In this document: in pieces, positions 1-10,349 of the stretch
How the letters are laid out: each line of letters opens with the position of its first letter
How positions within the stretch are numbered: the stretch's first letter is position 1
Assembly (NCBI GenBank): GCA_041660885.1
Contig: JBAZVM010000005.1
Location: 23,568-87,567, forward strand
Reading direction: 5' to 3'
Length of the DNA stretch: 64,000 nucleotides
From: Patescibacteria group bacterium
Lineage (GTDB): Bacteria; Patescibacteriota; Patescibacteriia; UBA9570; JAHJKD01
Translations under genes and position numbers: made by a program
Notes under the pieces: generated by a model
Seen by the model: only the letters and a program-made list of their open reading frames with translations
Told to the model about the DNA's origin: nothing
Database searches by the model: none

Positions 1-162
1 GGGCCCTATTGGTTCATCGGGAAGATTAGCATCAACTAATGGACTGCGATGCCCGGCTTCTCCAGGCCTTGGCGGTCTTTTTTTACCACCCTCTATTACT
101 CTTAAACCCGGTTTTGTCGGCACTGGTTTTGGACTGTTGAATCTTCTTTCTGCTTGAGGCAT
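1..162 (-). CDS. hypothetical protein, 5' fragment (gene continues past left edge)
   Basis: Minus-strand ATG at 162..160 opens frame MPQAERRFNSPKPVPTKPGLRVIEGGKKRPPRPGEAGH..., still open at position 1. Truncated, so absent from the ORF track. No domain recognised. Confidence 0.3.
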   Translation of the reverse strand, partial: MPQAERRFNSPKPVPTKPGLRVIEGGKKRPPRPGEAGHRSPLVDANLPDEPIGP

Positions 163-178
163 ATTGATAAATTAATAA

Positions 179-358
179 TTAAGGAATAAATTCTAGTTGC
201 ACATTATATTTCATGTACAAGTAATACGCCAAGAAGGCTAAGCCAGCAAAAATAGCCGCTATAAAAATTAGCTTTGCCATTTTTTTAGCCACAACCAAAG
301 CAAGAATAATTGCCAGAACCGCGATAATGCCAAGAAGTATTAATGTTAAATCGGACAT
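179..358 (-). CDS. small two-helix membrane protein (59 aa)
   Basis: Own translation: ATG at 358, MSDLTLILLGIIAVLAIILALVVAKKMAKLIFIAAIFAGLAFLAYYLYMKYNVQLEFIP, stop at 181..179. One residue under the ORF-track cutoff. Two hydrophobic helices; fills an otherwise empty gap. Confidence 0.35.
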   Translation of the reverse strand: MSDLTLILLGIIAVLAIILALVVAKKMAKLIFIAAIFAGLAFLAYYLYMKYNVQLEFIP

Positions 359-363
359 AATAA

Positions 364-1449
364 TTATTCGCCGGTTATACTATTGGTATCGCCATAGCCG
401 TTGATCACATCAACTACGCGCTGGCTGAAATATGGGGCCACTTCCTCGGCAAATTCCGCGCTGGGATGGGAATCGTAAGGGTCGGCCGCGTGCGCATCGG
501 TTAAATAAAGCGTGCCATCTGTTTCCAAAGAATAAAAATCCCAAACAAAAATATTATCATTAGAAACATCCCACTCGTCTTTCACCCAGTTAAAGAACGT
601 TTGCGCCCGCTCGGCTTGATCTTCATCAGTACTTCCTTGGGTTAAAGCCGCGCCTGTCCAGACTATGAATTTGGTATCAGGAAATTCGAGCATCTTTTCT
701 TTCAGGGCATTATACTGCAATTTATAATTTTCTACGGTTTTAGTGTCCGAAGATATATCCGCGTTGCCAGTGTCCGCTTCTATACCGCTAACCGGAAAAC
801 AATGCTTGAATACCACCACGTCATAAGAGTTGGTTAATATTTCTAAAGTCGGTTCGTTTAAATACTCATTATTGCCGGCATGATTCACCCAGATGTTCCA
901 ATAGTCATAAGGATAATTATTCCAGCCGTATGGATCGCTTTCCGGAAAATTCTGCTGAGTAATTTGGTAATCAGTGCTGTTGGCGCCGTTATAATCGGAG
1001 AACCAAGATTCCACCCCGCCATCCCAGATAACTCCGCCGGTGCTGTGATGCAAAAAAATTATATTGGCATTCATAACAGTCGGATCGTAAATCGTGCCTT
1101 CCATCTTGGTTGTGGTTTGAATTTTATCGGAGTACTGGCCGTAATTATCCCCTTTTCTGGCGCGTACTTTAAAATAATAAGTGGTGTCCGCATCCAGCGA
1201 TTTTACGGTTCTCGTTCTATTTAGCGATCGAACCTTTCTTACGGTGGAATATTGGCCATCGGTTTTAGTGAGCACTTTTACCTGATAATCATCCGCGCCG
1301 GTGATCTTTTTCCAGGCTAAATCTATTTTATGCTTATAACGCTCAACCACATGCAGATTATTAACTTTGCCCACAGCCGCTTGGCTGCAGCCAACGCCAA
1401 CAAAAAATACGCTAACTGCCACAGTAAGCGCTAATAAACTTTTTTTCAT
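364..1449 (-). CDS. secreted/lipoprotein-like protein with fibronectin type III domain
   Basis: Signal peptide MKKSLLALTVAVSVFFVGVGC. FN3-like segment DLAWKKITGADDYQVKV...TTYYFKVRARKG. The C-terminal ~240 aa are unassigned. Confidence 0.7.
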   Translation of the reverse strand: MKKSLLALTVAVSVFFVGVGCSQAAVGKVNNLHVVERYKHKIDLAWKKITGADDYQVKVLTKTDGQYSTVRKVRSLNRTRTVKSLDADTTYYFKVRARKGDNYGQYSDKIQTTTKMEGTIYDPTVMNANIIFLHHSTGGVIWDGGVESWFSDYNGANSTDYQITQQNFPESDPYGWNNYPYDYWNIWVNHAGNNEYLNEPTLEILTNSYDVVVFKHCFPVSGIEADTGNADISSDTKTVENYKLQYNALKEKMLEFPDTKFIVWTGAALTQGSTDEDQAERAQTFFNWVKDEWDVSNDNIFVWDFYSLETDGTLYLTDAHAADPYDSHPSAEFAEEVAPYFSQRVVDVINGYGDTNSITGE

Positions 1450-1470
1450 ATTTATTTATCTTAAATATAA

Positions 1471-2565
<1,095 letters not shown>

Positions 2566-2608
2566 CTATAATCTAACCTGCTGTAAATTTATATTAAAAC
2601 CCGTAAAA

Positions 2609-3220
2609 ATGCAATTTTCCATAAAAAAAAGTTTTAATTGGCCTAATACCATCAGTGTTATTCGAGTTTTATTGGTATTATTAATAATTTCTCTGCTTTT
2701 TATAGACAATTTTAATTTCAAGGTTACTGCCTTTATTTTAGCGATTATTATTATTCCCTTAGATGCTTTAGACGGTTATTTAGCCAGAAAGCTAAAACAA
2801 GAAACTAGAATCGGCGCTTTATTGGATATTTTTAGTGATCGCCTTGTAGAATTCCTATTTTGGGTGGCCTTTGCCAGTTTTGGTCTGGTTGTTATTTGGG
2901 TGCCAATAATTATTATCACGCGCGGCTTGGCCACGGATATCATTCGAAGTTTCGCCATGAAAAAAAATATCGAGCCTTTTAAAATGATGCACGGAAAATT
3001 TACTACTTGGCTGGTGGCATCTAAATTTAATCGCTTTTTTTATGCTTTTTTGAAGGCCGTGGTTTTCCCTTGGCTGATTTTGCAAATGCTTTTATCCACG
3101 GCGCCGGATTGGTTTATTATTACAGGACAAATTTTGGTATGGCTTACGGTAGCATACTGTATATTACGCGGTATCCCTGTGCTTTGGGATGCTTATTATT
3201 TATTTAAACGAAAAAAATAA
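2609..3220 (+). CDS. CDP-alcohol phosphatidyltransferase family protein
   Basis: Motif DALDGYLARKLKQETRIGALLDIFSDRLVE (D-G-x2-A-R...G-x3-D-x3-D) plus multiple TM helices. Start moved to ATG 2609 (MQFSIKK) because the track ORF from 2429 overlaps tgt. Confidence 0.85.
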   Translation: MQFSIKKSFNWPNTISVIRVLLVLLIISLLFIDNFNFKVTAFILAIIIIPLDALDGYLARKLKQETRIGALLDIFSDRLVEFLFWVAFASFGLVVIWVPIIIITRGLATDIIRSFAMKKNIEPFKMMHGKFTTWLVASKFNRFFYAFLKAVVFPWLILQMLLSTAPDWFIITGQILVWLTVAYCILRGIPVLWDAYYLFKRKK

Positions 3221-3867
3221 TGGCTATTGCTTTTTTTGATATCGATCACACCATTGTTTCTTCCATTTCCGCGGAAAAAATATTTTTTTCTTATCTGACC
3301 AAAAAAAGAAGAATTCCGTTAATTAATTATTTTCGCGTGGCAACGTTTTTTTTAGAAAATATTTTATTCAATCCATATAAAGCGACGCTGCAAAACAAAC
3401 AATATTTAGCTAATCAAAATAAAGACGAAGTTATAAAATGGGGCAAAGAATGTTTTTACGCAGAAATAAAAAAGAAAATGCCAAAAAGCGCCCTCCTAGC
3501 CGTTACCGCGCATAAAAAGAAAGGTGATAAAATTATTTTATTAAGCGGCAATTTATTTTTTCTGGCGGAATTAATAAAGGATTATGTTGGCGCCGACGAT
3601 ATCGTTTGCACGCAACTTGAAACCAAAGAAAATTTATTTACCGGGAAAATCATTGGTTTGCATGCTTATAAAGAAGCAAAGAGAACTCTACTTAAAGAGT
3701 ATATTAAAAAGCATCACTTAGAAAAACAAGAAATATATTGTTATGCCAACAGTATAGCGGATCTGCCCTTTTTGGAATGCGCTGATCATCCCATTGCCGT
3801 CAATCCCTCCTGGCATTTAAAAAAAGAAGCGTTAGCGCGTAATTGGCCTGTGGTTTTTTACACTTAA
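3220..3867 (+). CDS. HAD-IB family hydrolase/phosphatase
   Basis: N-terminal FFDIDHTIV (DxDxT nucleophile motif), 215 aa. Start overlaps the upstream stop (TAATG). Confidence 0.8.
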   Translation: MAIAFFDIDHTIVSSISAEKIFFSYLTKKRRIPLINYFRVATFFLENILFNPYKATLQNKQYLANQNKDEVIKWGKECFYAEIKKKMPKSALLAVTAHKKKGDKIILLSGNLFFLAELIKDYVGADDIVCTQLETKENLFTGKIIGLHAYKEAKRTLLKEYIKKHHLEKQEIYCYANSIADLPFLECADHPIAVNPSWHLKKEALARNWPVVFYT

Positions 3868-4392
3868 TAAAGCCACTACGTTCATTAGATATGTAATAAC
3901 AATAAGAACGGGTACTAACCAGGATACTTTTATAATAAAAGCGCCGATGATTAAGGCATCAATTATATAAACTTCTTTGATATATTCCGCTTTTTTTCGT
4001 AAAAAGAAAACAATAAAAATCAGTTGCAAAATAAAATAAAGTCCCAGACTCCAAAGATAAAAATGGTCAAAAGTCGAGGCCTTTATTAAAAGCGCAAATA
4101 TAACTATGCGGTCGGCCATAAAATCGAACCAAATTCCTTTAGGTTCGTACGGTTTTTTTTGGTATCTGGCCAGACTACCGTCGAGACTATCAAATAAAAA
4201 ATGTCCAAAAATTAAACCGATGAATAAATAATCGTTTTTGAATAAAAAATACACCGCGGCTAAACCAAAAATTACCGAAAGCAAAGTGGCGCGATCCGCG
4301 GTAAAACCCATTTTATCCAAGGCGAGGATAATAGGATGAATAAACTGATCCTTTTTATGCTTAAATTTTATTTTAAAATCCTCTTTTTCCAT
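3832..4392 (-). CDS. CDP-alcohol phosphatidyltransferase family protein (second copy)
   Basis: FDSLDGSLARYQKKPYEPKGIWFDFMADRIV matches the D-G-x2-A-R...G-x3-D-x3-D motif. Polytopic membrane protein. Confidence 0.8.
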   Translation of the reverse strand: MEKEDFKIKFKHKKDQFIHPIILALDKMGFTADRATLLSVIFGLAAVYFLFKNDYLFIGLIFGHFLFDSLDGSLARYQKKPYEPKGIWFDFMADRIVIFALLIKASTFDHFYLWSLGLYFILQLIFIVFFLRKKAEYIKEVYIIDALIIGAFIIKVSWLVPVLIVITYLMNVVALLSVKNHRPITR

Positions 4393-6282
4393 TTATTCGT
4401 TCTTTTCCACCACTCCCTGGCCCGAAGCCACGGGATCGTTCGGCAGATCCGAAGTTAGGCGTTCTTGATTTTGCGAAATATTTTCTTTAGTATTGCTGTC
4501 TGTTGCGTTAAGCACTGTTTCTTGAGTAAGCACCAGCACTTTATTCAGCTGATCAGATGTTGGGGTGACAAAAATGGTAAAAGCCACTTTCTTTGTTTCT
4601 TCCGCGGACAGTTTATTGATTGTCCATTTTACTTGGTCGGTATCTTTATCGTATTTTATTGATGAATCGCTTGTTTCCACGCCATCGATATAAGCGGGCA
4701 AAGTAGTTGTTATTTCTACATTGGTGGCTTCACCGCCCAAAGTTGAAACCGTCCACCAAATCACATAGCTGGTGGTTTCACCCACTTGCGGCGGAATCGG
4801 GCCGGTGCCCAATTTTGTCAGGTCGTCGTCGTAGTATCTGGCTTCGCCTTCGAACTTTAGCTCGCCTTTCACTTTACTCTCACATTCGGCCGTGGTATCA
4901 AAGGAAAAAGACTGCCCCTCCACTTTAGCCGCGCGTACGGCCAATACAGCTTTCAAAGACGTGGCTGTAGGAGCTAAATTAGAATTTACCACGGCTTTAT
5001 AACTTATCTCTTTGCTTTCTTTGGATTTTAAATCGGTTATTTTATCCAGGGCCACTTCGTTTTTTTCTAAAAACCCGTCGGTAAATTTTAAATTCAATTC
5101 CAGTTCATCGATAGTCGTGTCCGAAGGATTTTCCACGGTAATTTTATATTCCAAACTGTCTTTGGCTTTTACATACTGCGGCCCCGATATGGTTAAATTT
5201 AATTTCGGATTGACCATTAAAACCAAATTGGTTTTTTCCACTTGCATATTCACGCTGCCATCCGGTTCTTCTAACCCTAAGGAAAATTTGAACTCTTTAT
5301 TTTCTTTGCTTTTTCCTTCTATCGCGCCTTTAATCGTAATGGTTTTTTCCTCGTTGGATTTTAATTCATCAAATTTCCAAATGTTATCGTTGATATCCGC
5401 TTCGGGATCAGCTGTGCTTGGAGTGAATGTTTCCGGATATTTAAGCTCCACTTTGGCATTGGGCAGAGGGAGGGAGGAAGTATTTTTAAAGGTAACTTTA
5501 TACTCAATTTCTTGGCCGGAAAAAGCCAATTCAGGAAGAGAGGTGGTAAGCGTAACAATGGTATCGTTGATTTTTATTTTTTTATTGACTGTGTCTTGAA
5601 ATTCGGAATTAAAATTTGCCGGTTTGTAAGTAAGAATGCCGGTAAATTCTTTATCTTCGTTTAATTCACCCACCAGCTGGCCCGTGATTTTAATTTTACC
5701 CGCGGCACCGGCCGCCACATTGCTGATATTCCATGTATTATCCGAAGACGAAGCTTCGGGTTCGGATTTTTTAAAATAAAAACCTTCCGGATAATGGACT
5801 GTCACCGTGCCTTCGGATATGGCCACGGATTCTTTATTTTCATATTGCACTTCCAAGGTAAGCTGGTCTCCCGAGGCCATGGCATCCACCGAGTTAATGG
5901 TCAATTCGGCTTTGCTTTCGCTTCTGTTATCAAAATCTTTATTGAACACGAAAAACCCAGCTAAGGAAGCGCCGGCTAAAATAAACAAAGCAACAATAAT
6001 GCCGAATACTATCTTGCCTTTGCGTTTAATGGGTTTTCTTTCCAATTTGGTCATGTCGACATCTTTCTTGGAAGCCTCACGGTAAATATCTAAAATCTTT
6101 TCTGATTTTCTTTTCTTATTTCTAGCCGCGGCTTTATCAAAAGCGATTTTGGCCGCGTCATCGGCTTTTAATTCTTCCGGCTCTTCATCTTCTTCCTCTT
6201 GAATTTCTTCAATTTCTTCGTTCTCCTTTTCTTCTTCCTCCTCTATTTTTTTGTGATTTTTTTTCTTTTTACCCATGCCCAT
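4393..6282 (-). CDS. membrane-anchored surface protein with repeated DUF11/CARDB-like beta-sandwich modules
   Basis: Charged K/E N-terminus, single TM (IVFGIIVALFILAGASLAGFFVF), then at least 3 similar ~95-aa repeats (..SGDQLTLEVQYENK.., ..SGQEIEYKVTFKNT.., ..AKDSLEYKITVENP..). Start trimmed to MGMGKKKK (ATG 6282), 1 nt after the recO stop. Confidence 0.75.
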   Translation of the reverse strand: MGMGKKKKNHKKIEEEEEKENEEIEEIQEEEDEEPEELKADDAAKIAFDKAAARNKKRKSEKILDIYREASKKDVDMTKLERKPIKRKGKIVFGIIVALFILAGASLAGFFVFNKDFDNRSESKAELTINSVDAMASGDQLTLEVQYENKESVAISEGTVTVHYPEGFYFKKSEPEASSSDNTWNISNVAAGAAGKIKITGQLVGELNEDKEFTGILTYKPANFNSEFQDTVNKKIKINDTIVTLTTSLPELAFSGQEIEYKVTFKNTSSLPLPNAKVELKYPETFTPSTADPEADINDNIWKFDELKSNEEKTITIKGAIEGKSKENKEFKFSLGLEEPDGSVNMQVEKTNLVLMVNPKLNLTISGPQYVKAKDSLEYKITVENPSDTTIDELELNLKFTDGFLEKNEVALDKITDLKSKESKEISYKAVVNSNLAPTATSLKAVLAVRAAKVEGQSFSFDTTAECESKVKGELKFEGEARYYDDDLTKLGTGPIPPQVGETTSYVIWWTVSTLGGEATNVEITTTLPAYIDGVETSDSSIKYDKDTDQVKWTINKLSAEETKKVAFTIFVTPTSDQLNKVLVLTQETVLNATDSNTKENISQNQERLTSDLPNDPVASGQGVVEKNE

Positions 6283-6283
6283 A

Positions 6284-6913
6284 TTATAATAGAAAATTCC
6301 TCTGCTGTAAACCAATGGATACATTATTCTTTAAAACATTGCTAAAAACCAAGTTAAGCTGAGGCCAGAGCTTAGGGCTTATTCTTAATTTCAGGATTTT
6401 TTCCCAAGTATCGCTTGAGAGAAAGTGCAAAACTTTGGCTAAATCCCCCTGCGCCTGTGAATAATCCGGCTTTAAACCCAGCTCATGCAGTAATTTTAAA
6501 ATGAAAGATTGTAAAATTAAAGCATTGATTTTATTTCTATCGCAAAAACTTAAAAAATCTTTAAGCAAAACGTAAATAGCCGCGTCTTTATTTTGCTCCA
6601 ACACTAAATCGTTAAAAACCAGCAAGCAATAATTCACCCCCTGCAATTTGGCGTAATCTTTTTTTAAACGAGAGTAACTGCATAAAATTTGCGCGCCGCC
6701 GATTTTGGAATAACCGCGCGCTTGAGCGATAAATAAAGAAGAACGAGTTAAAGGTTCCAAATGCCCGGCCAATTTAGAGTTTATTTTTTTAACTCCCATG
6801 GCGCGCAAAACCAATTTACCGTAATCTTTGGTAAAAATAGTATAAAGGCGATCAGCTTCACGATAATCAACAGACTTTAATACAATGCCCTCTGTTTTTA
6901 GAGTAACGGACAT
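6284..6913 (-). CDS. recO: DNA repair protein RecO
   Basis: N-terminus TEGIVLKSVDYREADRLYTIFTKDYGKLVLRAMGVKK...LEPL is the typical RecO OB-fold signature. 209 aa. Confidence 0.85.
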   Translation of the reverse strand: MSVTLKTEGIVLKSVDYREADRLYTIFTKDYGKLVLRAMGVKKINSKLAGHLEPLTRSSLFIAQARGYSKIGGAQILCSYSRLKKDYAKLQGVNYCLLVFNDLVLEQNKDAAIYVLLKDFLSFCDRNKINALILQSFILKLLHELGLKPDYSQAQGDLAKVLHFLSSDTWEKILKLRISPKLWPQLNLVFSNVLKNNVSIGLQQRNFLL

Positions 6914-6918
6914 TAGAA

Positions 6919-9756
6919 CTATATTTTATCTAATGAAACGAATAACGAAATTGAGTTGATCTTTATTTCTTGGTCAGCTTCTTTTTCTTGCCAATCAATG
7001 CTGATAGTATTTTTTTTAATTTCGGCTAAGTTTTTTTCAATGGTCGCTTTCAATCCTTTATCTTCGGTTTGGTAGGAAACTTTTACTTGGTCATTTATGG
7101 TTAATCCTTGCTTTTTGCGCAAGGCGTTAATGCCGCGGATTATTTCGCGCGTTAAACCCGCTTCTTTTAATTCCGGCGTGATATCCGTACTTAACTTATA
7201 AATTTTTCCGCATGATACGCTTAAGACGTTTACTTCTTCGGCTATTAAACTTAAATATTCTTTAGGCAGTTTAAAATCAATTTCTAAGGAGGCGAGAGGC
7301 TGGCGGACTTTAATCTTCGCTTCTTCGCGCAAACTCAAGCCTTTTTCTACGGCTTCGCGCACCTTTTCCATGTTGCTAAGCAATGCTTCGTTTATTAGCT
7401 TTTTATCGGCTTTCGGCCATTCTTCCAAGTGCACGGATTCTTTATTTCCATCAGTTTCTTTATAAATGGCCTCGGCTGTAAAAGGCGTGAAAGGCGCTAA
7501 AATTTTGCTTAAAGTGCTTAGAATATATTTCATGGTAGAAAGAGCTTGCCGCTTATCTTGCTCGTTCTCGCCCTTAAAGCGGTTGCGGCTTCTTCTTAAA
7601 TACCAAGTGGAAAGTTCATTAACGAAGAGGGCAATGGGGCGGGAAGCCAAAACTAAATCATACGCTTTCATGCTGTTTGTCACTTCGGAAAGCAGAACAT
7701 GCAATTTGGCGATGATCCATTGATCGAGAATATTTTTAGAATCAAGTTTAGTCTGATCATTCTTCGTTTCGTACATTTTATAAAAAGAAACCACGTTATC
7801 TAAAATTATTATTACTTTTTTAAATACTTCATCCACGCCTTTTTCGGAAAACAATAGCGTATCCGCTTTCATTACCGGCGAAGTAAGCAAATAATAGCGC
7901 AAAGCATCAGCCCCGTATTTATCTATCACCAAATTGGGATCCGGATAATTTTTTAAGCGCTTGGACATTTTCTGTCCGTCTTCGGCCAGCACTATGCCGT
8001 TGGTAATGACATTTTTAAAAGGGATGTTATCCACAACACCGATGGAGAGCACAAGCAAATAATAAAACCAGCAGCGCGTTTGATCCACGCCCTCGGCAAT
8101 AAATTCCGCGGGAAAAGTATCTTTAAACTTTTTTTCGTTCTCAAATGGGTAATGCATTTGCGCGTAGGGCATGGAGCCGGATTCAAACCAGCAATCAAGA
8201 ACATCGGGAATGCGCCGCATTATGCCTTTATCGCATTCGGAACATTTAAACTCAATAACATCCATATTTTCTTTATGCAGGTCGCTAATTTTTTTATTGG
8301 CATGCTCTTCCAATTCTTTAATGGAGCCAAAAACATGCGTGGCTTTGCATTCATCACATTTCCAAATAGGCATCACGGACCCCCAAAAGCGCTGGCGGGA
8401 AATGGACCAATCCGCGGCGCCTTCGAGCCATTTGCCAAAGCGGCCGTCCTTGATATGTTCCGGCGTCCAATTAATTTTCTTGGCTTTGGAAATCATGCCG
8501 GCTTTTATTTTGGTGACATTAACGAACCAAGAGGAAGTGGCGTAATTTAAAAGCGGGGAGTCGCATCTCCAGCAATGGGGGTAGGTATGCGTGTATTTTT
8601 CTTTGCTAAACAGCTTGCCCTCTTTGGCCAGCCATTTTAATACTTCAATATCCGTCTTTTGCGGATCCTCCGCCGGCTTTACTTGTTCGCCCGCAAAATC
8701 GCTTACCTCTTTGGTAAAGCGGCCTGTTAAATTTACATGCTGGATCCAAGGCAAATTTTCTTTTTTTCCAAGATTTAAATCGTCCTCACCAAAAGCCGGC
8801 GCGATATGCACCACGCCCGTGCCATCTTCCGTGCTTACGAAATCGGCTGCGTAGATTTTAAAACCGCGTCCCCTATTTTCTTTATTATCAAAGTAGGGGA
8901 ATAGCGGTTCGTACGGCTTCCCTACCAGATCTTTCCCTTTAAACTTTTTTAAAACTTTATATTTTTTCTCCGCGAAAACTTTTTCCACTAATTCCTTGGC
9001 TACGATAAATTTCTCATTCCCCTCCTCTACCAAGAGATACTCCATTTTTTCGCCCACGGCCAAAGCGATATTTCCCGGCAAAGTCCACGGCGTGGTGGTC
9101 CAGGCCAATACATAAGTATTTTCATCAACTAATTTAAATTTTGCGATTAAAGAAATATCTTTTACTTCTTTATAGCCTTGCGCCACTTCGGATTGTGAAA
9201 GCGTAGTTTCGCATCTCGGGCAGATGTGCATGGCTTTGTGGCCTTCGTAAATCAGGCCTTTGTCCCAAAGCTGTTTGAATACCCACCAGATGCTTTCCAT
9301 GTACGATAAATCCATGGTGCTGTAGGGATGTTCCATATCCACCCATCGGCCCATTCTGGGGATGAATTTTTTCCAAACATCTTCGTACATTAAAACCTTG
9401 CCGCGGCAAGCTTCGTTGAATTTTTTCACGCCCATTTTTTCTTCAATGTCACGCTTGCTTGAAACTTTCATTTCTTTTTCCACGATATTTTCAATGGGCA
9501 GACCATGGCAATCCCAGCCCCATTTACGTTCTACGCGATAACCGTTCATGGTCCAGAATCGAGGCACCGCGTCTTTCATTAAAGAAGCTACGATATGGCC
9601 GTAATGCGGAGTACCCGTGGCAAACGGCGGGCCATCGTAAAAAACATAATCCCCTTTCGGCGCTTCTTTTTTTACGCTTTTTTCAAATATATTATTATCT
9701 TGCCAAAATTTTAATGTAGTTTCTTCTTGGCTGACCAGCTTGTGTTTTTTTTGCAT
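6919..9756 (-). CDS. ileS: isoleucine--tRNA ligase (type 2, eukaryote-like)
   Basis: 945 aa. FYDGPPFATGTPHYGH (HIGH region), KMSKRLKN (KMSKS), WDCHGLPIE. Confidence 0.97.
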   Translation of the reverse strand: MQKKHKLVSQEETTLKFWQDNNIFEKSVKKEAPKGDYVFYDGPPFATGTPHYGHIVASLMKDAVPRFWTMNGYRVERKWGWDCHGLPIENIVEKEMKVSSKRDIEEKMGVKKFNEACRGKVLMYEDVWKKFIPRMGRWVDMEHPYSTMDLSYMESIWWVFKQLWDKGLIYEGHKAMHICPRCETTLSQSEVAQGYKEVKDISLIAKFKLVDENTYVLAWTTTPWTLPGNIALAVGEKMEYLLVEEGNEKFIVAKELVEKVFAEKKYKVLKKFKGKDLVGKPYEPLFPYFDNKENRGRGFKIYAADFVSTEDGTGVVHIAPAFGEDDLNLGKKENLPWIQHVNLTGRFTKEVSDFAGEQVKPAEDPQKTDIEVLKWLAKEGKLFSKEKYTHTYPHCWRCDSPLLNYATSSWFVNVTKIKAGMISKAKKINWTPEHIKDGRFGKWLEGAADWSISRQRFWGSVMPIWKCDECKATHVFGSIKELEEHANKKISDLHKENMDVIEFKCSECDKGIMRRIPDVLDCWFESGSMPYAQMHYPFENEKKFKDTFPAEFIAEGVDQTRCWFYYLLVLSIGVVDNIPFKNVITNGIVLAEDGQKMSKRLKNYPDPNLVIDKYGADALRYYLLTSPVMKADTLLFSEKGVDEVFKKVIIILDNVVSFYKMYETKNDQTKLDSKNILDQWIIAKLHVLLSEVTNSMKAYDLVLASRPIALFVNELSTWYLRRSRNRFKGENEQDKRQALSTMKYILSTLSKILAPFTPFTAEAIYKETDGNKESVHLEEWPKADKKLINEALLSNMEKVREAVEKGLSLREEAKIKVRQPLASLEIDFKLPKEYLSLIAEEVNVLSVSCGKIYKLSTDITPELKEAGLTREIIRGINALRKKQGLTINDQVKVSYQTEDKGLKATIEKNLAEIKKNTISIDWQEKEADQEIKINSISLFVSLDKI

Positions 9757-9765
9757 ATGCTAAAG

Positions 9766-9794
9766 ATTATAGAAAAAAAATGCTTTTTTGGCAA
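9766..9794 (-). promoter_or_regulatory. putative sigma70-type promoter of ileS
   Basis: Minus strand reads TTGCCA (9794..9789), 17-nt spacer, TATAAT (9771..9766). The ileS ATG is 9 nt downstream, with no SD. Confidence 0.45.
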
Positions 9795-9812
9795 GCCAGA
9801 TTAGCTTGCCAA
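9788..9812. promoter_or_regulatory. perfect 9-bp inverted repeat in the ileS/greA divergent region
   Basis: TTGGCAAGC-cagatta-GCTTGCCAA. Each arm supplies a TTGCCA -35 hexamer for one of the two divergent promoters. Confidence 0.5.
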
Positions 9813-9834
9813 TTAATTATTTAATTTCTATACT
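9806..9834 (+). promoter_or_regulatory. putative promoter of greA (leaderless geometry)
   Basis: TTGCCA (9806..9811), 17-nt spacer, TATACT (9829..9834), 6 nt, then ATG at 9841. No SD. Confidence 0.45.
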
Positions 9835-9840
9835 AAGCCA

Positions 9841-10341
9841 ATGCGTTTACCAAACAGAAAACCCGGAAAATATACTTTTGCTACCTTCGACCCCAATATC
9901 ACCGAGGAAAAATTTGAGGCGCTTAAAAATAAATTAGATCGCTTAAAAAATTATTCGCGCCCGCAAGCGGCCAAGCTGGTAATGGAACACGCAGCCAATG
10001 GCGACTTTTCAGAAAACGCGGAGTATCAAATTTCCAAGGGTCGTTTGCGCGGCATAAATAAAACAATTGAGGAGCTTGAATATCAAATCAATCACGCGCA
10101 GATTATTCAATCTCCGAAAAATATCGACACCGTGCAAATCGGCCATACCGTTACCATTTTAGCCAATGGCAAAGAACAAACCTTTCAAATTTTAGGCCCC
10201 TCGGAAACCAAACCACTGGCTGGCATTATTTCTTATAAATCCCCTCTTGGCGCCGCGCTGCTGGGTAAAAAAGTAAATGATGTAGCCGAGTTGATTATTG
10301 CCGGAAAAAAGACGAATTTCAAAATTATTAATATTAAATAA
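9841..10341 (+). CDS. greA: transcription elongation factor GreA
   Basis: GDFSENAEYQISKGRLRGINKTIEELEYQINHAQII coiled-coil motif plus a C-terminal FKBP-like domain. 166 aa. Confidence 0.9.
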   Translation: MRLPNRKPGKYTFATFDPNITEEKFEALKNKLDRLKNYSRPQAAKLVMEHAANGDFSENAEYQISKGRLRGINKTIEELEYQINHAQIIQSPKNIDTVQIGHTVTILANGKEQTFQILGPSETKPLAGIISYKSPLGAALLGKKVNDVAELIIAGKKTNFKIINIK

Positions 10342-10349
10342 TAATTTTA

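Noticed and set aside
3832-3867. 36-nt convergent overlap between the HAD gene and the second CDP-alcohol transferase, as a sign of mis-annotation.
   Set aside because: Both ORFs have family motifs and plausible lengths, and neither has an alternative earlier stop. I kept both, noting that the C-terminal residues of one of them may be non-functional extensions.
5012-5599. Antisense or overlapping ORFs inside confident genes (for example 880..1224, 5012..5599, 8080..8550, 8171..8545, 22006..22446, 28096..28455, 29277..29654, 31193..31747, 53244..53540, 59417..59812, 61341..61703).
   Set aside because: All lie wholly within longer ORFs that carry clear family motifs. Their translations are low-complexity or hydrophobic shadow sequences without start signals.
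6919-9756. Type-2 (eukaryote-like) IleRS as a horizontally acquired antibiotic-resistance determinant.
   Set aside because: Its composition matches the host and it is the only ileS in the window. Type-2 IleRS is the native form in a number of lineages, so nothing here indicates acquisition.
9757-9840. T-box or other leader riboswitch upstream of ileS.
   Set aside because: The whole intergenic region is only 84 nt, and the predicted -10 box is 9 nt from the ATG. There is no room for a ~200-nt T-box leader.
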